From assembly GCA_024626585.2 (NCBI GenBank), contig JANKJI020000002.1, positions 22,813,735-22,830,690 on the forward strand: 16,956 bases of DNA, written 5' to 3'. Below are positions 10,584 to 16,956 of this stretch, one piece after another. A model generated the notes under the pieces. It had not been told where the DNA came from and made no database searches. It worked only from the letters and a program-made list of their open reading frames with translations. Every line of letters begins with the position of its first letter. Position 1 is the first letter of the stretch. The position numbers and the translations under genes are program-made. The DNA is from Ginkgo biloba (Eukaryota; Plantae; Ginkgophyta).

Positions 10584-10689
10584 CTTTTTGCAGCCGGAAA
10601 ATAATGTAGCAAACGCCCCTTGTGGCATAGCGATCGAGAAAGCATCAACTCCAAGTTAAGAGCTTCCTGATTAGGATTCCGTTTTGAAA
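10584..10689 (-). CDS. Internal exon of a plant 2OG-Fe(II) oxygenase superfamily gene (At4g13400-like)
   Basis: The minus strand reads ttgaacAG|tt TCA AAA CGG...GCT GCA AAA AG|GTtgca, a 106-bp exon with canonical AG/GT boundaries. It translates to (V)SKRNPNQEALNLELMLSRSLCHKGRLLHYFPAAK. This matches the family segment I recall as 'VSK...NLEKILLGSRCHKGRLLYYFPA'. No stops. Not in the ORF track. Confidence 0.9.
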
Positions 10690-11729
10690 CTGTTCAAGAT
10701 ATACAAGCAAATAATAAAGTCTATATAAACCTATGAAATTATGATCTGCAAGGAAAAAACAAAAGAGGTCCAAAGACTCAATGCAATTTGCATCTAATCA
10801 TAAACTATTGCAGCATTGGAAGAAGAAAATCTAACATTCTGCAGCAGATCATACATGTAAGCACTTTGAAGAAGATTACTTTAAATGTCATTGATTAACA
10901 AATCTGTCATATGAAACATGAAGTAACAGATGATATGAAGAGGTAAATATCCAAACTATGGAGTTGGCTGCAAACATAGAAAACACTTTGGTAAAAGTCA
11001 ACTTGTATCTATGTTTGAATGTTTTTAAGTGTATGTGGAAACCCTCTATTATTCTCATCCCATCACTAATGATAAGGAACTTCTGTAAAATCTGTAATCA
11101 TGAATAAATTATGGTTTTCAATGTCTGGTAAAATTAGGTAGAAAACAATCTTGGAGCACCAAAAGTGCATTGTTCTGGTAGTCATTCCCTCCAAATATTG
11201 GATTTTCCATCGATAGATGCTTTAACGTGATAGAAAACTAAGGAAGATCTTGAACAAAAGAAAAAGGCCTGTCACTAACTGCTATACTTAGTGCATGTTT
11301 TCATGCTAACGTAAATCAAGTGTATATAAGACAAACGTAAGTATATGGATTGTGCCAAACATCACTAANNNNNNNNNNNNNNNNNNNNNNNNNNNNNNNN
11401 NNNNNNNNNNNNNNNNNNNNNNNNNNNNNNNNNNNNNNNNNNNNNNNNNNNNNNNNNNNNNNNACAACTGTTGGCTTCTAGTAGAAATATTAGCAAGGAT
11501 CTGGCAATTGTAAAGTGTGGAAGATTAGTCAATGTACCAGCAAGTCCTGTTTTGTAATTTCTCAGCAACACCGGAAGGCATACCCAATGATTACCATGTA
11601 GAATTCCCAAGAAAACACTTTACAAGTTGGGGAAGGATAGTGAGATGAGTTTAGAAAGGAATTTAAACCTTTACTCAATGACTAAGAAATGGGGACTATG
11701 TATTNNNNNNNNNNNNNNNNNNNNNNNNN

Positions 11730-12084
11730 GTTATTGGTTGCAACAAAAGCATTAGATGTTGGTCGTAACGCAATTAGCAGTTAGTCATCTCAAAACTCAA
11801 TTGTCGATCATCTTAGGAAAGCCTACAAATGGTCGTAGTAGAATCAACATTATTGATTGCTAGACCAAACAGCCAAACAACCGGATTCAGTTTTTTATAA
11901 CTAATGAATAGTTAAACATAATGGCTAGAATAGAGAATAGGCATGGCTCTAGCAAGATCGCCTATCAAAAGGCGCTTTGTACATTATAAATCTTGTAAGC
12001 CATAATGCCTTGATCATCTATCTGTATCGAATATAATCAATAACTAAAATTGTTCTTCTACTCTTTCTTTGTGTTATGTCTACA
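11730..12084 (+). mobile_element. Possible partial or solo LTR remnant
   Basis: TATAAA at 11985-11990 is followed by TTGTAAGCC, an AATAA-like signal and a T/G-rich tract ending in TCTACA at 12084. The layout is LTR-like, but the 5' end lies in a gap and no PBS follows. Confidence 0.3.
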
Positions 12085-13850
12085 TACTTCCATGAATGAT
12101 TTTTTAATAGCAACATCGTTAGCCAACATTGACAACGCCTCACACTTTGGAATGTGGATTTGATGGTGAGAGCAACAAATCCACTATTCCTGTCTCTTGG
12201 AAATTGTCCACGTAACTATCAATGTGCTCTTTACTATGGCATGCTTTATAGTAAACATTGGTTTTGTTCCCTTCAAACGAATCTAACTGGGTTCTCTAAG
12301 GGAGTCCGCTAAATTCAAACATTATTGTGGCCACGTTCTTGGTAGCCCGGCTATCACAGAGGTAGTAGCTTTCTGCTAGATCCTTTAGGGATAGCCTATT
12401 GGATAATAATGTTCAAGACATGTCACTTGGCTAATTAATTGTACTTCAGTTGTAATTTATATGACAAGTCAAGTTCAAGTTAAGTTGTCTNNNNNNNNNN
12501 NNNNNNNNNNNNNNNNNNNNNNNNNNNNNNNNNNNNNNNNNNNNNNNNNNNNNNNNNNNNNNNNNNNNNNNNNNNNNNNNNNNNNNNNNNNNNNNNNNNN
12601 NNNNNNNNNNNNNNNNNNNNNNNNNNNNNNNNNNNNNNNNNNNNNNNNNNNNNNNNNNNNNNNNNNNNNNNNNNNNNNNNNNNNNNNNNNNNNNNNNNNN
12701 NNNNNNNNNNNNNNNNNNNNNNNNNNNNNNNNNNNNNNNNNNNNNNNNNNNNNNNNNNNNNNNNNNNNNNNNNNNNNNNNNNNNNNNNNNNNNNNNNNNN
12801 NNNNNNNNNNNNNNNNNNNNNNNNNNNNNNNNNNNNNNNNNNNNNNNNNNNNNNNNNNNNNNNNNNNNNNNNNNNNNNNNNNNNNNNNNNNNNNNNNNNN
12901 NNNNNNNNNNNNNNNNNNNNNNNNNNNNNNNNNNNNNNNNNNNNNNNNNNNNNNNNNNNNNNNNNNNNNNNNNNNNNNNNNNNNNNNNNNNNNNNNNNNN
13001 NNNNNNNNNNNNNNNNNNNNNNNNNNNNNNNNNNNNNNNNNNNNNNNNNNNNNNNNNNNNNNNNNNNNNNNNNNNNNNNNNNNNNNNNNNNNNNNNNNNN
13101 NNNNNNNNNNNNNNNNNNNNNNNNNNNNNNNNNNNNNNNNNNNNNNNNNNNNNNNNNNNNNNNNNNNNNNNNNNNNNNNNNNNNNNNNNNNNNNNNNNNN
13201 NNNNNNNNNNNNNNNNNNNNNNNNNNNNNNNNNNNNNNNNNNNNNNNNNNNNNNNNNNNNNNNNNNNNNNNNNNNNNNNNNNNNNNNNNNNNNNNNNNNN
13301 TACCACGTAAGGAGCAACCTATAGTAGATTTGTGGACAGAACATTAGGATAATAGAGAGAAGCAGTATTAGCATAGGCCACAAAAGCGGATTCTAAAAGG
13401 AAATCTGCAAAAGGGAGAAAAACTGACCTCGCAAACAGAGGCAAGTAGTAGCATGGCCATGGGACCAAAGAAGAAGAAGAAGACAGTTCCCAAATTACAA
13501 ATGCCATTCACCAAAAAATGAGGATGAAAAAACTAACTTTCCAATAGAAGAAAATAGTCTAACACTACAGGAATCAGATAAGGAAGAAATAAGCTCAGTA
13601 CTTAACATAGAAACAAGTGAAGATCCCTTGACTATGAACATTGATTGTAATACAAACTCATATTGCTCTACTTTACAACCTCTTACCCCAAAAGCTTCAA
13701 ATCACTATGATTCAACAACCCAAAACATTGATTTAGTGAAAATTTTAGGAAAATTCCAAAAAACAATCGACACCCTCATCCATACAAAATACCAAAACAA
13801 ATCAACCCTACATCGTAGTACAAAATGACAACACTTTTACTAATCTACGC

Positions 13851-14730
13851 TACAATGGCATAGGAGGACCTTTCGACCACTTAGCCCTATTTAAGAATAT
13901 TTTGAAGTTGAAAAATATCATTAACGAATGAGAAATCAAAGCTCGTCTTTTCAACAACGTGTGAGGGCCAATGACCGCATGGTATCAATATGTAATCATA
14001 AATGACCCAACTTGGGAATAACTCCAAATCTTATTTTTGGACCGGTTTAAAAAGTTGTAGGATCCCTTCACTATTTCCCAAGCCCTTGAGTAGTTGCAAC
14101 GGTAACCAAGGGAATCTATTAAAGATTATGATAAACGAATGCAAATATTATTGAATAAGTTTTGACTAGAGGATGCCCTCACTACTACACCTACTAAAAA
14201 TCTTCATGCAAAGACAATTAACCCATGTACAAACTTCAATCAAATTGCATCAANNNNNNNNNNNNNNNNNNNNNNNNNNNNNNNNNNNNNNNNNNTTGAA
14301 AATCAACTAGGCAATACTAGTCCTTGCTACACTATGCTTTACATGGCCCCAGCCTAGGTTCCAGAAATAGAGCAATTATAGCATAAATTATTTGCGCTAA
14401 AATACAAAAACAATAATGAAGTGACCTGTGTCAAAGAACCTCCACGTAGAAATAGCAAAGCTCCAACATTAGATGTCACTAGTGAATTGCAATGATGTAT
14501 GGTGTTCACCCCCCTATAATCAAAAAGGATATTTACATAATGAGCATTTAAAAGAACAACCAATACCAGTATTGGAACAATAGTGCGACATTTGCAAAGT
14601 GCACTCTCATAATACCGAAACATATTATAACCAACAAAGCCAAGTAGGGCCAAAAGCAAGTCGCAAAGGGCATATAGGATGTGGTACATGCAATATGTAC
14701 TACCAAAGAGCCAATAAATCCCCTCATCAA
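13851..14730 (+). mobile_element. Degenerate Ty3/gypsy gag (retrotransposon gag core plus zinc knuckles)
   Basis: 13851-14165 reads YNGIGGPFDHLALFKNIL...ARLFNNV*GPMTAWYQ...TWE*LQILFLDRF...LE*LQR*PRESIKDYDKRM, a Retrotrans_gag-like pattern. Decayed CCHC knuckles lie in one shared frame at 14503, 14584 (CDICKVHSHNTETY) and 14680 (CGTCNMYYQRANKS). Confidence 0.8.
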
Positions 14731-14760
14731 TACGAGATATGGGAAGAAAACACTAAACCA

Positions 14761-14930
14761 ATAGGTATACTAAAGACCTTACACATCTTCAAGGGTACTT
14801 CTATTGGTCCTCCATGCAGAAATTAGTACATAACTATATCCAACGCCGCTTTTTATGTAGTAAATCCAAGCCTTCTAATAGGAAGATTGGATTATATCAT
14901 CCACTTCCAATCCCATCCAGACCTTGGGAG
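14761..14930 (+). mobile_element. Ty3/gypsy integrase N-terminal zinc-binding (HHCC) fragment
   Basis: It reads IGILKTLH, then a frameshift, then HLQGYFYWSSMQKLVHNYIQRRFLCSKSKPSNRKIGLYHPLPIPSRPWE. The 'YFYWP.M...V..Y...C..C...KP....GL..PLP.P.RPWE' signature is present. It ends at a gap. Confidence 0.9.
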
Positions 14931-15247
14931 NNNNNNNNNNNNNNNNNNNNNNNNNNNNNNNNNNNNNNNNNNNNNNNNNNNNNNNNNNNNNNNNNNNNNN
15001 NNNNNNNNNNNNNNNNNNNNNNNNNNNNNNCAAATTTTCATGTCCCCAAATTTTGATGTTGGATCCAATATTTGATATACCTCTCAATATGTTTTTTTGT
15101 TAAGCCACTAGATCGATTTGCATATAAAGCAACATCCCATGCTAATTGAGATTGAACATTTTGTTCTATTTATTCTAGGTTATGTTGTTGCTACAAATAC
15201 TTCCAAATTTTGGTTGTACATGGACAATTTGCGACCTCCAAATTATG

Positions 15248-15359
15248 GATTGCAAGTTTAGAACTACAGAACACAAATTTTGAGCTAGAAATAGTAAGTT
15301 CAAGCCTACAAATCGCAAGCTCAAAACTAAAGATCATAATTTTAGGATTGTAGATCGTA
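15248..15359. repeat. Highly degenerate 21-bp (3x7) periodic repeat
   Basis: gattgcaagtttagaactaca / gaacacaaattttgagctaga / aatagtaagttcaagcctaca / aatcgcaagctcaaaactaaa / gatcataattttaggattgta. Confidence 0.5.
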
Positions 15360-16394
15360 GTGCAATCACTGATTAAATCCAACTCCTCATCATTGCTTTA
15401 TGGAAAATTCAATTCCCCATCAAATTTTGAATACGCATCCCATTTGACATTCAACAGAAAACAAGATATTTCCATAACTTCATACTAGCACTCCATCCAA
15501 AGCAACAAACATGAATTTCCTAATTCTAAACCAATCTCTAGTTTGACATAAATATTGGGTTCTTTGAGAGTATGCTCAATCATATTATGCGGTTGCATCG
15601 CACCTTGATAGGAAGAGTCAAAACAAAATCTCTCCCCTTCATTAAGAACCGATGCCATAATACTAGAAACCTCCAAATCATCTTAGTACCTAATTAATAT
15701 TAAAAGTAGGATCATGCAAAAGCAATTTTCCCAAAAGTATCCATCGATGTTTAGCAAGTACATTTAGATTAGACCTTCATCCACAATGGTATCAGTAATA
15801 GTCATATCATGTATCTCCATTGAANNNNNNNNNNNNNNNNNNNNNNNNNNNNNNNNNNNNNNNNNNNNNNNNNNNNNNNNNNNNNNNNNNNNNNNNNNNN
15901 NNNNNNNNNNNNNNNNNNNNNNNNNNNNNNNNNNNNNNNNNNNNNNNNNNNNNNGGACTATAGTAATTTCAACCCCAATTCATCATGTAGTTGTTTTAGG
16001 ATGCACATCATCATTCAAACTGGCTAATGCTTGATCGTCCAAATTCTGTAAGTCCAAAGATGAATAGGTTCTTAAGGTGGTGTAATTAGAGTCATTATTG
16101 TGACCTTTTATCATTCATATGAAGCAAACCAATGTGGACTCTTATCACCATTGTCAACCACTGCATCCNNNNNNNNNNNNNNNNNNNNNNNNNNNNNNNN
16201 NNNNNNNNNNNNNNNNNNNNNNNNNNNNNNNTCAAAGGTTGTTGATTACTCTATTCACAAGATATCTTTTGAACTGATGTTCGCACTTGTGATTGATCAT
16301 TAACCTATTGAATAATTGTTCTAGCCTCTTTGTAATGCTCCTCTTTTGTTGGATTAGGGTAACCTATTTTTGGTTGTGATTTGTACTCCCTTTA

Positions 16395-16790
16395 ATGATG
16401 AGGTAGAGATGGATCTTCATCATCATCTTCACTCACATCTGGCCTGATCGTCAATAAGTTAGATGTTTTATTATGCTCAAGATTTCGAAGACAATCCACA
16501 TATTCACGATCACCAAGTATACATTTTTGACAAATAAGTCTGCCGTAAGACATTTCTAGCAAACAATCATTATGCTAGTGACCCCATTCCAAGCAAAACA
16601 TGCAACATATGCTCTATATTCCCCTCATATTTCTTATAAGGTGAGCTATGACTAGTCTTATTGTCACAAAATAATTTTTGATAATACATGTCGAATGACC
16701 ATTGCAATGGCCTCGACCAGGATTGTTTAAATTGCAATTCCTCAAAGTTATAATGGCAGTTAGAAGTATCATGGGAAGTCATATTAACTA
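16395..16790 (-). mobile_element. Degenerate retrotransposon gag nucleocapsid region with multiple zinc knuckles
   Basis: CMFCLEWGH*HNDC (16563-16604) has exact CX2CX4HX4C spacing. In the same frame, CQKCILGDREYVDC (16491-16532) has the same spacing with H>R. An acidic stretch (SEDDDED) follows, and a partial knuckle (SHDTSNC) lies near 16760-16780. Confidence 0.65.
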
Positions 16791-16956
16791 TTTACTAGGT
16801 GCATGTCCATGTCTAGCTGGGTATACAAACCGAGGAAGGTAGCTGCACTAGGGGATGCAGGGACAAGTATAGGCCCTAACTAATATGGTCAGGTCGTTCC
16901 CAACTGTGCATGGGTGATGTCCCAACATCCCCATTGGGATACACAACCATCCCCCT

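Noticed and set aside
12085-12300. Minus-strand knuckle-like peptide (VYYKACHSKEHIDSY)
   Set aside because: Only two of the four ligands are present and there are no supporting gag motifs.
12446-13383. Long ORFs of about 290-300 aa in the ORF track (also those at 8463-9076)
   Set aside because: They consist almost entirely of N gaps and are artefacts.

Overview
AT-rich, gap-ridden eukaryotic DNA, most consistent with a large-genome land plant (gymnosperm- or fern-like; inferred from intron size and retroelement types). Two short minus-strand exons (10584-10689 and 2658-2758) encode near-consecutive parts of a plant 2-oxoglutarate/Fe(II)-dependent oxygenase. From memory the family is Arabidopsis At4g13400-like. 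The ORF track misses the first exon and buries the second in an intron-spanning ORF. The whole window therefore appears to lie inside this gene, whose introns are filled with transposon debris: a Ty3/gypsy integrase remnant, two convergent L1-type LINE ORF2 fragments, a well-preserved 277-bp LTR with a tRNA-iMet primer-binding site and a long non-coding leader, a gypsy gag-plus-integrase remnant, and a second zinc-knuckle gag remnant. There is also an array of spaced palindromes, an 84-bp tandem repeat and a degenerate 21-bp repeat. I found no convincing novel biological system. The points most worth following up are the missing catalytic HxD exon, the palindrome array, and the apparently non-autonomous retroelement architectures.
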